DNA of 30,196 nt from Candidatus Thorarchaeota archaeon (GTDB lineage: Archaea > Asgardarchaeota > Thorarchaeia > Thorarchaeales > Thorarchaeaceae), in NCBI GenBank assembly GCA_048884965.1, contig JBHLQH010000002.1, forward strand, positions 67,943-98,138, read 5' to 3'. The notes under the pieces are model-generated. The model saw only the letters and a program-made list of their open reading frames with translations. It ran no database searches and was not told where the DNA came from. Positions 16,409 through 26,413 of the stretch are shown here, one piece after another. Made by a program: the position numbers and the translations under genes. Each line of letters begins with the position of its first letter. Within the stretch, counting starts at the first letter, position 1.

Positions 16409-18292
16409 ATGAATGATGAGGATTCCTATCTGTTGATGAGTGGAAATGAAGCCATAGCAAGAGGGGCTTTGGAAGCAGGAGTTGGTTTCTGTGCTTCCTA
16501 TCCTGGGACTCCTTCAACTGAGATAGCAACCGAGCTCCAGAAAGTGGCTGAAGAGTACGGAATCTATGTTGAGTGGAGCGTAAATGAAAAGGTAGCTCTT
16601 GAGGCTGCAGCAGGTGCTAGCTGGGCAGGTATCCCAGCATTATGTCCAATGAAATCGCTTGGTCTAAATGTTGCATCTGATTTTCTTCTCAATCTGAATC
16701 TATCGGGAAGCGGACCCGGAGGTCTCGTCATCGTGGTCTGTGATGATCCTCGTGGTCATAGCTCTAGTAATGAGCAGGATTCACGATTCTATGCCAAGGC
16801 ATCCTATCTTCCCCTTCTTGAGCCTAGCTCAAGTCAGGAAGCGAAGGATCTCATAGGTGTCGCATTTGACATTTCTCAGAAACAGCAAATACCAGTCTTT
16901 GTTCGTAGTACAACGCGCCTTAGTCACTCGAGTTCGATTGTCGAAGTATCGCCAATAGATAGGAAACCAACAACAGCTAGACAAGAGATACCTGATGGTC
17001 TTTACAATGTTCCAAATCCCCACCTGCGTCATAAGGAGCTGAATGAAACTAAAAGCAAAGTCCACAGTGACTTTGAGGACTTGTCCTTCAATTCGCTTGA
17101 GAGTACTAAAGCCAGCTTCTTGATACTTGCATCAGGAGTAGCATTTCGATATGCGAAGGAAGCTGCGCAAGCAATCGATTCACCACACATCGACGTTGCC
17201 AAATTGACATCAACACATCCAATTCCACAAAAGACGATCCTCAAGTGGCTTCAAGGAAGGAAACGAGTTCTTTTCATAGAGGAAGTTGACCCATTTATTG
17301 AAGAGCAAGTACTCTCCCTTTATGCAGAACTAGAGGTCTATGAAACAGAATTAGGAAGGATAGAGTTCTACGGCAAGCAAAACGGTTTTGTTCCTGCGTA
17401 TGGAGAGCTGAATACCGATATTGTTCTCGGAGCATTAGCCAAGATACTAAGAATTGACCGTGACAAATTGAAGGTTGCAGAAGAGAAAGGAATCAATTTA
17501 GCAAGAGAACTCCTCATACCTAGACCACTTACATTCTGTGCAGGATGCACTCATCGAAATATCTACTGGGCAATTCGAAAAATCCGAAAAAGGCTGAAGG
17601 AAGGGCTTGTCGTTGCTGGAGATATAGGCTGCTATTCCCTAGGAGTCTTCTATGATGGTTCAATGAATACAATGCAAGCCATGGGGTCAGGGATAGGTAC
17701 AGCCACTGGATTAGGGCAGCTTCATCGATTCGGATTCGAGAAGAAAGTCATTGCAGTTGCAGGAGATTCAACATTCTTCCATGCGTGCATTCCAGCTCTT
17801 ATCAATGCAAGACATAAGAATGCCAACATCACCTTTCTCATACTTGACAATGCAACGACTGCAATGACAGGATTCCAGCTTCATCCAGGAACTGATCCGG
17901 GTGAGAAAGACTTGACACAGGTCAGCATTGAGAGGATTGTCAATGCTATTGGACCGGATCTGTTTGAAGCAGTCGATGCCACAGATATAGATGCGACAAC
18001 CGATACCCTGCACAGGATAGTACAGATGAAGGGGTTGAAGGTGCTTTTGTGCAAGAGCATCTGTCGATTAGAGGAGAAGAAGGATAGAGCAAAGGAACCG
18101 CGAGTCTTCATAGCTAGTGAAGCGTGCCATGGAGAGAAGTGTCGTATCTGTGTAAGCGAGTTCGCCTGTCCTGCGCTTGAATGGGATCAAAGCAAGGGAG
18201 TTGCACGAATTATCAAGCACGCCTGTATCAGATGCGGGACATGCATCGCAGTATGTCCTCATGCTGCTATCCAAAAGGAGGGGTTGGATTGA
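16409..18292 (+). CDS. iorA: Indolepyruvate:ferredoxin oxidoreductase alpha subunit
   Basis: GNEAIARGA, YPGTPSTE, NEKVALE, FCAGCTHR, GDIGCY, GDSTFFH, DN..TAMTG, C-terminal 2x[4Fe-4S] motifs. Confidence 0.92.
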   Translation: MNDEDSYLLMSGNEAIARGALEAGVGFCASYPGTPSTEIATELQKVAEEYGIYVEWSVNEKVALEAAAGASWAGIPALCPMKSLGLNVASDFLLNLNLSGSGPGGLVIVVCDDPRGHSSSNEQDSRFYAKASYLPLLEPSSSQEAKDLIGVAFDISQKQQIPVFVRSTTRLSHSSSIVEVSPIDRKPTTARQEIPDGLYNVPNPHLRHKELNETKSKVHSDFEDLSFNSLESTKASFLILASGVAFRYAKEAAQAIDSPHIDVAKLTSTHPIPQKTILKWLQGRKRVLFIEEVDPFIEEQVLSLYAELEVYETELGRIEFYGKQNGFVPAYGELNTDIVLGALAKILRIDRDKLKVAEEKGINLARELLIPRPLTFCAGCTHRNIYWAIRKIRKRLKEGLVVAGDIGCYSLGVFYDGSMNTMQAMGSGIGTATGLGQLHRFGFEKKVIAVAGDSTFFHACIPALINARHKNANITFLILDNATTAMTGFQLHPGTDPGEKDLTQVSIERIVNAIGPDLFEAVDATDIDATTDTLHRIVQMKGLKVLLCKSICRLEEKKDRAKEPRVFIASEACHGEKCRICVSEFACPALEWDQSKGVARIIKHACIRCGTCIAVCPHAAIQKEGLD

Positions 18293-18894
18293 AGACCTCT
18301 TTCAATATCCTGATTGCAGGGGTAGGAGGTCAGGGGAACCTTGTCTGTGGTCGAGTTCTTGCTGAAGCAGCAATCCTAGAAGACAGACGACCTGTTCTGG
18401 GAGATACCTTTGGTGCATCAAGAAGAGGAGGAAGCGTGCTTACACATCTACGGGTCGCTGATGAGGATATGGGACCTCTCATCCCAAAGGGACATGCGGA
18501 CCTAGTTGTGGGCATGGAACCAGTAGAAGGGCTTCGCTCGACATTGAACTATGCTTCACCAGGAACGAAGGTTGTCGTTAGTACCATGCCAGTGTACAGC
18601 CCAGCGACACGCTCAGGACAATATCAATATCCAGAGGTCTCTCGAATCACTTCTGCGCTACGCGACCTATGTGAGGTGGTATATGCCGTTGACCCAAAGC
18701 CGACGCTTGACAGGATAGGAACCTACAAGGTACTCAATGTGTTCATCTTGGGAGTGCTTAGCGGGTCGGGAGTGGTGCCCTTTTCTCGGGAGGCAATTCA
18801 ATCTAGCATAGAGAAGACGGTGGGTCTAGAAACCTCGAATCAGCTTGCTTTTACTTCGGGAATTGAAGAAGGAATGAGATTGCGCTCTCTATAG
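18289..18894 (+). CDS. iorB: Indolepyruvate:ferredoxin oxidoreductase beta subunit
   Basis: TTG start overlapping the iorA stop (TTGA); GVGGQG, G.SRRGGSV.THLR, EP.E.LR. Confidence 0.9.
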   Translation: MKTSFNILIAGVGGQGNLVCGRVLAEAAILEDRRPVLGDTFGASRRGGSVLTHLRVADEDMGPLIPKGHADLVVGMEPVEGLRSTLNYASPGTKVVVSTMPVYSPATRSGQYQYPEVSRITSALRDLCEVVYAVDPKPTLDRIGTYKVLNVFILGVLSGSGVVPFSREAIQSSIEKTVGLETSNQLAFTSGIEEGMRLRSL

Positions 18895-18895
18895 C

Positions 18896-21199
18896 CTACC
18901 TGTTCTGCTTCTTTGCTTCCGCAGCCTCACGGGCTTCACGCCACATTAGCTCGGACAGAACCGTGAACATGTCAGCAACACCCTCACCTGTCTTTGCAGA
19001 GCTCTCCATATAATAGAATCCTTGACCCTCTGCCCATCCTTTTGCTTCCTCAGATGGCACAGCACGGTCAGGAAGGTCAATCTTGTTCCCAACGCAAATC
19101 ATGGGTACGCGAAGGCCAATGGACTCATCTGCCTCTTCGACCCATTTGACAAGCTCTTGGAAGGACCGTCGTCTTGTGACATCGAATACTAGGATGACAC
19201 CTGCAGCGCCACTGTAGTACATCTTGCGCACTGCCTTGAATCGCGCCTGCCCTGCTACGTCCCAGGCTTGCACCTTGATACCTATAGCATAGGGTTCGTC
19301 GGGCGGAGAAACATGTGTGAGCTTGACAGCGAACTGGGAACCGATCGTAGTCTTGTAGTCGGTCTCAAAGGCTCCCGTTGTGTATCGATTCACAAGCGCT
19401 GTCTTTCCGACTGCACCTTCCCCTATGATCATAGTCTTGAAGAGATAGCTGTATCCATCAAGGTCAGTCCCGGGTCGCACAGGCTTTGGCGGGCGAGTTC
19501 GTATCTCGGTGATTCTGCTGCTTTCGACTTCAAACACCTCATCTGTCAATACAGGCGGTTCAGAGATGATAGGTGCTTCAGTCACCACGGGTTCCTCTGT
19601 GGAAGCCATCATATCCTCCATTCCATCACTTGATGATTCTCCGAAGAGTTGGTCAAGGAGTTGCTCAGCAGCCTTGAGGGATTCTGTGGAGCCACTTGAG
19701 GTCTTGATTTGAATCTTCTCACCGTCAGAGCCGAGTATGGATCCGAAGCCAGTGCCCTCTATCTCGATGCTCTCAAGGGATTCTTCCTCAATGATCGTTT
19801 CATCAACATGAATCGTAACAGGTGCCGTTGCAGCTGGTGCGGCTTGGACCAGCTCCGAATCGACAAGAATGGCGGTCTCAGGCGTTGTGACCTGCTTGAC
19901 CATGCCATCATCACCTGTCCACATCAAGACAATAGGACGGACAATGACGCTTCCTTGCTCATGGGGAGTCAACTTGATATCGATCGTCTTTGTCTCTCTT
20001 GGTCCAACATCGAAATGTATCTGCTGAGGTTCGACCTCCAGATTCGCTTTCGGGAACCAGTAGATCTTACCCGTGATCCCCTGAACTGGTTCATCAGTGA
20101 CATTCATCACACTAAGCTTTGCAAACATCTCATCCTCAGTTGTGGGAGGGGGTATGACCTTGAACTTTGGAATGATCTGGTAGAGACCTTGGACCACCTT
20201 TAGAGGCTTATCTCTAATACCTACAAGGACCTCCTTCCTATCATCACCACTTACATCGCCAACTGCAATCGAGAGTATCTTAGATTTTATATCAAGCTCC
20301 GAGATCTTTTGAAGCTCGGCCATATACAGATTATAGAAGGCGACCTTGAAATCGGAAGTAGCTACTACGACTTCATCCATATGATCAGCATTTAATTCAG
20401 CGATTCGAATAGACAATGCCTTCACGTCAGGCAGCTCTGAGAAGAGCTCAAGCTTACTCTCCTCATTGCGATATACTCTGATGGACCCATCATGAGTGAC
20501 GACACCCAGTTCCATCTTCCTATCACCAAGAAGATCACCAGATGCAATTGAAATGATTGGACTGGGGAGCTCAAGTGCTTCAATCTGGTCCAATACACCA
20601 TCATTTACTTTGAAGACTCGAAGCGATCCATCTCGATTTCCAGTCACTATCTCATCAATCTCATCACCAATGACATCGCAAACGCCAATAGCTAGGGGCA
20701 TATCATCGAGGACTCTCTTAGCAATCTCTGTCATTCTATTATCGGGATCAACTCTCAAAACTCTGAGTGTCATGTCACTTGCGCCAGCTACGATCTCATT
20801 CTTGTTATCACCTGTGACATCTGTCACAACTACAGTCGTAACAAAACGATCAATCGCATATTCAGATAGCAGCTCTAAACTCCCGCTTGGTGCATATCTA
20901 TACATTTGCACAGTTCCAGCAGAGCCCGGGCTCTCACCAGGCCCAACGCTTCGACCGACAACTATCTCCATCATACCATCATTGTTTGCATCAGCTATCT
21001 TGATGGATAGAATTGCTCCAGTAACATCGTGCTGTGCAAGAAGAATTGTTTCTGAGTTATTTGCATCATATAACCTAATGACTCCATCTTGACCACCGGT
21101 CAGTAGTTCGGATGCACCAGATCCAGTGACATCACCCACAGCTATTGCACTTGTGCTTAGTTCATCTGCGATTTCAAAGAGTATTCGTGGAGAAACCAC
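18896..21199 (-). CDS. FG-GAP 7-blade beta-propeller + Ig-like domain + acidic linker + Rab-like small GTPase fusion
   Basis: Seven D-x-x-G-D-x-x-x-E-h-h-h-G-type repeats; G1 GEGAVGKT, TIGSQF, WDVAGQARF, YYSGA, LVFDVT, NKID, ESSAK; GTG start at 21199. Confidence 0.85.
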   Translation of the reverse strand: MVSPRILFEIADELSTSAIAVGDVTGSGASELLTGGQDGVIRLYDANNSETILLAQHDVTGAILSIKIADANNDGMMEIVVGRSVGPGESPGSAGTVQMYRYAPSGSLELLSEYAIDRFVTTVVVTDVTGDNKNEIVAGASDMTLRVLRVDPDNRMTEIAKRVLDDMPLAIGVCDVIGDEIDEIVTGNRDGSLRVFKVNDGVLDQIEALELPSPIISIASGDLLGDRKMELGVVTHDGSIRVYRNEESKLELFSELPDVKALSIRIAELNADHMDEVVVATSDFKVAFYNLYMAELQKISELDIKSKILSIAVGDVSGDDRKEVLVGIRDKPLKVVQGLYQIIPKFKVIPPPTTEDEMFAKLSVMNVTDEPVQGITGKIYWFPKANLEVEPQQIHFDVGPRETKTIDIKLTPHEQGSVIVRPIVLMWTGDDGMVKQVTTPETAILVDSELVQAAPAATAPVTIHVDETIIEEESLESIEIEGTGFGSILGSDGEKIQIKTSSGSTESLKAAEQLLDQLFGESSSDGMEDMMASTEEPVVTEAPIISEPPVLTDEVFEVESSRITEIRTRPPKPVRPGTDLDGYSYLFKTMIIGEGAVGKTALVNRYTTGAFETDYKTTIGSQFAVKLTHVSPPDEPYAIGIKVQAWDVAGQARFKAVRKMYYSGAAGVILVFDVTRRRSFQELVKWVEEADESIGLRVPMICVGNKIDLPDRAVPSEEAKGWAEGQGFYYMESSAKTGEGVADMFTVLSELMWREAREAAEAKKQNR

Positions 21200-21383
21200 T
21201 TCTATACAGCTCCATGTTATTAGGATGAGTTCGGATGTTTTGAAACACAGTAACATTTAGGTCTACTTTGTATCCGAACCTCACATCAGCTTCATAATCT
21301 CCCCTTTTTTACTTTGCTTGCTTGTTGCCAAATCTATCATGGAAGGTACAGTATATAACAGAGTATGATAGGCATAGATGTAG

Positions 21384-22163
21384 GTGCAAAGTGTGTCAAA
21401 GCTCTCTGTTCGAAACGTCACCAAGGCATACGAAAATGGTGAGAATGGGCAAGAGCTTGTGCTTGATAACATCAGCTTTGATGTACAAGAACGGGAATTC
21501 CTGAGTATCCTTGGTCCATCTGGATGTGGAAAGACGACCCTTCTGAAGATTATCGCAGGGCTCCTAAGACCAGATTCGGGTCAGATACTGATTGATGGGA
21601 AGGAAGAGGGATTGGGACACAATCGTGTTGCAGTCATCTTTCAGCAAGAATCTCTTTTTCCATGGCTTGATGTAAGAAGAAATGTAGAATTCGGTCTCGA
21701 GTTACATGGAGTAGAACAGAAGATGCGACGCGCCTTATCTGATGAGATGATGAACCTCGTTGGAATTAAGGGACTTGAGGATCACTTTCCTCACGAAATA
21801 TCAGGAGGACAAGCGAGGAAGACTGAGATGGCTCGAAGCCTTATCACCAGCCCTGACGTGCTTGCATCTGATGAAGGATTCTCGAATCTCGATGCGCAAA
21901 CCAGGAACTATCTACAAGAGGAGTTTCTACGAGTTTGGGAAGAAACAGGTTCCACCATTCTGTTCGTTACACATAACGTAGATGAAGCAGTCTTCATGTC
22001 TGATAGAATTCTAGTGATGAGCAATATTCCATCGCGAATCATTGCAGAATATGTGATAGATCTACCCCGACCAAGGATACGCGCTAGCAATGAGAGCCGT
22101 GAGTTCAGAGCGAAGATACTTGATGTACTGCGAACAGAACAAGAGAAGGCGCTACAAATATAA
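21384..22163 (+). CDS. ABC transporter ATP-binding protein (NitT/TauT/SsuB family)
   Basis: GPSGCGKT, FQ..SLFPWL, ISGGQ, SDEGFSNLD, VTHNVDEA, DLPRPR. Confidence 0.9.
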   Translation: MQSVSKLSVRNVTKAYENGENGQELVLDNISFDVQEREFLSILGPSGCGKTTLLKIIAGLLRPDSGQILIDGKEEGLGHNRVAVIFQQESLFPWLDVRRNVEFGLELHGVEQKMRRALSDEMMNLVGIKGLEDHFPHEISGGQARKTEMARSLITSPDVLASDEGFSNLDAQTRNYLQEEFLRVWEETGSTILFVTHNVDEAVFMSDRILVMSNIPSRIIAEYVIDLPRPRIRASNESREFRAKILDVLRTEQEKALQI

Positions 22164-22166
22164 TAG

Positions 22167-22985
22167 CTAGACTGAGATTTCCTGTCGGTATCTTAGTAGA
22201 TATCGCTCAGCCCTCAAGAAGACATAGCTGAAGAGAAATCCAATCACACCAATCACAACCATTGCAGAAACAGTCTGTCCAATTAGTCCTAGTTGCTCAG
22301 TCTGAATTACAAGATATCCCAGACCGAGTCCGCCACCAATGATCTCTGCAGCGACTAGACACATCCATCCAATGCCAAACCCAATTCGCAGTCCCGCAAA
22401 GATTTCAGGGGCTGCTGAAGGAAGAATCACTTTCGAAAGAATCTGGGTTTCACTGGCTCCAAATGTGCTGGCGACATCAAGATGCACTGGTTTAGTTCGC
22501 TTCACTCCTGCAGTAGTGTTGATGAGAATGGGAAAGAATGCACCAACCCAGATAATGAAGACCTGTGCCCCAGTGAAATTGGGTTGAAATAGCATTAGAG
22601 AGATAGGTATCCAAGCAATAGGAGGGATAGGTCTCATTGCCTCAACGACAGGTCCCAGCACTGCATCAGCATTCCGATATCTACCAATCATAATGCCAAG
22701 TGGACAAGCCGTAAGGAATGCGATTATGAATCCAAGGGATACTCGGTAAAGGCTCAATGCAGTATGCTCTAGGAGCGTATGACCTTCAGCGTCACCTTCC
22801 ACCAAGAGATCGATAAAAGATGAGATGACATCAAATAAGCCTAAGGGATTTGGGCGGTTTCGGGTCGCAATCATAATGATAAGTTGCCAGAGAAGGAGAA
22901 GAATCACTAAAGGGAGCACCCCTTTCAGTACAATATCTCTTGCACCGGGGAGCTCCCATTTACGAGTAGTGGTCCTTTCAGTCAT
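22167..22985 (-). CDS. ABC transporter permease (NitT/TauT/SsuC family)
   Basis: SLYRV..GF, RPIPPIAWIP, FFPILINT, EAA-loop VASTFGAS, LVAAE. Confidence 0.9.
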   Translation of the reverse strand: MTERTTTRKWELPGARDIVLKGVLPLVILLLLWQLIIMIATRNRPNPLGLFDVISSFIDLLVEGDAEGHTLLEHTALSLYRVSLGFIIAFLTACPLGIMIGRYRNADAVLGPVVEAMRPIPPIAWIPISLMLFQPNFTGAQVFIIWVGAFFPILINTTAGVKRTKPVHLDVASTFGASETQILSKVILPSAAPEIFAGLRIGFGIGWMCLVAAEIIGGGLGLGYLVIQTEQLGLIGQTVSAMVVIGVIGFLFSYVFLRAERYLLRYRQEISV

Positions 22986-23034
22986 TGCTCTCAACAGAGC
23001 GATTCTCTGCCTACTTTTGTGTTTGTCGCTTCGT

Positions 23035-24009
23035 TCACGCTAGGTGAGATAAATCGATGAAAGTGTCCAAGAAACCTGCAGCATCTGCTTGACTCATTGT
23101 AACCAATTCCTCATCAATGAGAAAGTCAAGGTACGCCTCAACCCCTGTAACATTTAGAGTGTAATTGTAGATTATTCGATTGAATGCAGTAGATACTGGA
23201 GATTCATCAATTCCTAGCCAATCGACTGCAATTGCTAAGGCTTCTGTTGGATGGCTGACAATCCATTCCTCAGCTCTGATGTGAATGTCAACGACCTTTT
23301 GAACGATATCAGGATGCTCTGCAGCAAATGTGTTAGACGTTGCCAAGACGCAACATGGATGTCCAGCCCAAATGTCGCCTGAAAGTTTCAACGGAACTGT
23401 TGTTTCCTCGTAATATGATAATGAAGGGAAGGGTTCCCAAGCCACGTATGCAGGCTTTTCAGCGGTCAATAGGCTCGCCATATCTTGTACCCTAGTTGTC
23501 TCAATGCTGACATCGTTGATTGTCAAACCAGATTGATTCAAGGCCAAACGAAGAAGAAAGTTCTGAACTGTCGAAGGGCCAGGCTGAAAAATCGTCTTAC
23601 CAGCCAAATCGGCAACCGTGGTGACATGACCAGCATCATATTCTGATTTGAGGACCTCAATTGATGAGCCTTCAGCATTTGCCTGCGCTAAAACAGTGAT
23701 ATTGATACCTGCATTGATACTCTTGACAAGTGCAGGTGCAACTCCAAGGTAACCCATATCAATTTGTCCAGATTGGAATCCATCCATCTCATAGGCACCA
23801 TTCTGATACACGAGAAGTTCAACATTGATGCCTTCTTCCTCGAACCAACCATTCACAACAGCAACTCTCAATGCTAGTTGATGAAGATCCTGTGATAGAT
23901 ATCCAATTCGTACGTCAGGTTGTATTGTTGGGTACCAAAAAGCTATCAGCGCGGCTGAAGATACAACAATAATAACAAGGGCAATTGCGGTAGTCTTTTT
24001 CTTGTCCAT
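23035..24009 (-). CDS. ABC transporter substrate-binding protein (NitT/TauT/SsuA family)
   Basis: N-terminal anchor after MDKKK; G.IDMGYLG.APA, DLAGKTI, WEPF, HPCCV. Confidence 0.88.
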   Translation of the reverse strand: MDKKKTTAIALVIIVVSSAALIAFWYPTIQPDVRIGYLSQDLHQLALRVAVVNGWFEEEGINVELLVYQNGAYEMDGFQSGQIDMGYLGVAPALVKSINAGINITVLAQANAEGSSIEVLKSEYDAGHVTTVADLAGKTIFQPGPSTVQNFLLRLALNQSGLTINDVSIETTRVQDMASLLTAEKPAYVAWEPFPSLSYYEETTVPLKLSGDIWAGHPCCVLATSNTFAAEHPDIVQKVVDIHIRAEEWIVSHPTEALAIAVDWLGIDESPVSTAFNRIIYNYTLNVTGVEAYLDFLIDEELVTMSQADAAGFLDTFIDLSHLA

Positions 24010-24119
24010 TTGAACCAAACGACTCCTGATGTAACTATCGTGAAAAAAACCGTATATGAGGATTGGCATATGTGACTTGTACAATGAAGTTTTTAGGTTG
24101 ATTGGGATACCAATTTCAT

Positions 24120-24494
24120 ATGAGCCTCCATGATAGAATACCAGGACAACTGAAATTGACTGATGCATTGGTCCAGATAACACTGGAAGATGATGTCGGA
24201 GTGTTCGACACAGGGGACTATGTGTTAATCGAGGTCTCTCAGAATGCTGGTCGCATCAATGTTCCGAAAATAGCACAGACTGTTAGTAGCCTAGTAAAGG
24301 CTGAGAAGAAGATGGTCGCAGTTCGAGGATTCGGATTCAAAGGAATTGGGCTAGGTGTTCGGATTGCACATGAGATTAAACGTCTAGAAGAGAGATTCAT
24401 CTATCAGATGGCATTCGATACATTCGAGGCAACAATAGGCGCAGATGGACAACCTCTCACTAGTGTCCAGATTGTCATCATGCCTCCTGAATGA
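24120..24494 (+). CDS. Alba/SpoVS-fold nucleic-acid-binding protein (tentative)
   Basis: LIEVS..helix..VAVRGFG.KGI..GV.IA..IKR..AF..DG..TSVQIVI pattern. Confidence 0.5.
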   Translation: MSLHDRIPGQLKLTDALVQITLEDDVGVFDTGDYVLIEVSQNAGRINVPKIAQTVSSLVKAEKKMVAVRGFGFKGIGLGVRIAHEIKRLEERFIYQMAFDTFEATIGADGQPLTSVQIVIMPPE

Positions 24495-24515
24495 TAGTAA
24501 GAGGAGCCTCCCACG

Positions 24516-25148
24516 ATGAATGATAGGGAGAATGGGATAAGCAAGAAAGACCCTTCAGGATTGATTAAGGTCAAGCTTTCAAAGGTTCAGTTTCCAGAGT
24601 ACTGTCCTGTTTGCATGGATGAAGCTGAGGATCTAGTTGCCATCATGGTTTTTGAAACAACGGTAGACCATTGGTCGGAGAGAAGGGGTCTTGCAAGTGG
24701 ATGGGCCAAGCAGCGGGATCATGCAGACATAGCCCTTTCCCACACCAAGGGAGGGAGTATCTTTTGGGTACCAGCGTGTCTAAGTCACGGAAGTGATACC
24801 ATCACTACTCCAAGGAAGCAAGTGGTTTCCATCATTGGTTTCATGTTCTTGTTCTATCCATTGCTCTACTTCATTCTTGGACTGCTTGCAGCCATAGAGT
24901 ACTCTCGACCAGTTCTTGATTCATTGATTCCTGTAACGATACTATTGTGTGCGATGGTATTTGATATTATGTATGGATTCTATCCGAGGTCTCTTGAGAA
25001 GAGCATTCAGTTTCTAGATATAAACTATTCAAAGGATGAAGCAGTCATCTATCTCAAGAATGATAGATACCGAGAACTATTCCTCAGAACTAATGAGATG
25101 ACAGCAGAATCGCTTCGAGGAGAAAGTACAAAAACCGAAGGGCAATGA
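24516..25148 (+). CDS. Two-TM membrane protein with probable Zn site
   Basis: FPEYCPVC ... VPACLSH followed by two hydrophobic helices. Confidence 0.7.
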   Translation: MNDRENGISKKDPSGLIKVKLSKVQFPEYCPVCMDEAEDLVAIMVFETTVDHWSERRGLASGWAKQRDHADIALSHTKGGSIFWVPACLSHGSDTITTPRKQVVSIIGFMFLFYPLLYFILGLLAAIEYSRPVLDSLIPVTILLCAMVFDIMYGFYPRSLEKSIQFLDINYSKDEAVIYLKNDRYRELFLRTNEMTAESLRGESTKTEGQ

Positions 25149-25168
25149 CATAATCGGAGGGACCTTAG

Positions 25169-26356
25169 ATTCGAAGAATAGCCTCGATTGCTTTGCTCAT
25201 CATTGGGATGGTAGTGTCACTTCCTTTTGCAGGATTGGCCGTCAGCCCTAGGATGCCAGATTTACCAATGAAGGAATCAAAAAACTTTGTTCACTCCCAG
25301 TACACAAACCATGACAGGATTGCTATTACAAATAACTCGCATTTCACTAGAGAGGGTTTTACAGGTTCAGGCACCCCAGAAGATCCTTATGTCATCTCAA
25401 GCATTGCAGTTGATAGTCAAACAGACGCAATTTCGATTCAAGACACCACTGCCTATTTCGTTATACGAGATACACAAATCATTTCGAATACTCAAGGAAT
25501 CTATCTGTATAATGTGAGTAATGGCATCATTGAGAACTGCATAATCACTAGTAGCACAAATAGTATCTATTTTCATAATAGTGTAAATATCACCATCGAT
25601 TCGGCGGACGTAAGGACAGGCAATTATGGTATACGAGGCGAGAATGTAGCATTCTCAACCATTGAGAACTCGAATGTGCATCATAACAGGTTTGGAATTT
25701 ACATGAATGGAGAGTCATCAATGATAGATATCCAATCATGCAAGATATTTTCGAATTCTGTACTGGGAATCATTCTACAAAACGAAACAAGAGAAATCAC
25801 CATTTCCTACTGTGATATTGGATGGAATGGCGTATGGGATAATGGTATACTGACGACCAATAATATCGAAGATTTGAGTAATATCACTGTATGGAACTCA
25901 AATCGATTCAGTGATTATGATGGTGAAGGAACTCATGAAATTGGAAATAGCATAGTGATCAATCCAATCCCACTGCAGGACAATCTGGCACCATCAGTTT
26001 CAGGAGTCGATGATATGCGGCTTGATGAAGGAGATATAGGACATCAAACGATCCATTGGAACGCCTCAGATGAGTACATCTCTTTCTATGAGATCTGGAT
26101 GGATGGATGGGTCGTTGAGGTTGGAGATTTCTATGGAGGGCAATTGATATTCGACCTTGAGGAGATCGAGCTAGGGTCACATAACTTTACAGCGGTATTC
26201 ATTGATGCAGCGGGAAATGAAGCATCGGACGAAGTGTGGGTATCTGTGTTGCTTGATGTCTTTGGTGGAGAGGGAACGATATTGGTACTGTATTCCTCAG
26301 TCCTTAGCGTAGGTTTTGTCTTGCTGATTCTAATTGCATTGAAACGAATGCGTTGA
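25169..26356 (+). CDS. Surface right-handed beta-helix (NosD/pectin lyase-like) protein 1 with Ig-like domain and C-terminal anchor
   Basis: GSGTPEDPYVI motif, GIYL..N repeats, DAAGNEASD Ig strand, TM + KRMR; start ATT 25169 or TTG 25193. Confidence 0.8.
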   Translation: MRRIASIALLIIGMVVSLPFAGLAVSPRMPDLPMKESKNFVHSQYTNHDRIAITNNSHFTREGFTGSGTPEDPYVISSIAVDSQTDAISIQDTTAYFVIRDTQIISNTQGIYLYNVSNGIIENCIITSSTNSIYFHNSVNITIDSADVRTGNYGIRGENVAFSTIENSNVHHNRFGIYMNGESSMIDIQSCKIFSNSVLGIILQNETREITISYCDIGWNGVWDNGILTTNNIEDLSNITVWNSNRFSDYDGEGTHEIGNSIVINPIPLQDNLAPSVSGVDDMRLDEGDIGHQTIHWNASDEYISFYEIWMDGWVVEVGDFYGGQLIFDLEEIELGSHNFTAVFIDAAGNEASDEVWVSVLLDVFGGEGTILVLYSSVLSVGFVLLILIALKRMR

Positions 26357-26413
26357 ATAGAACCCTTTTAGATACTTGATGTACCAATCTGTTAGTCCCA
26401 TGGAGAGATAGAT

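Noticed and set aside
19268-21092. Several plus-strand ORFs up to 198 aa
   Set aside because: Antisense shadows of the propeller-Rab gene
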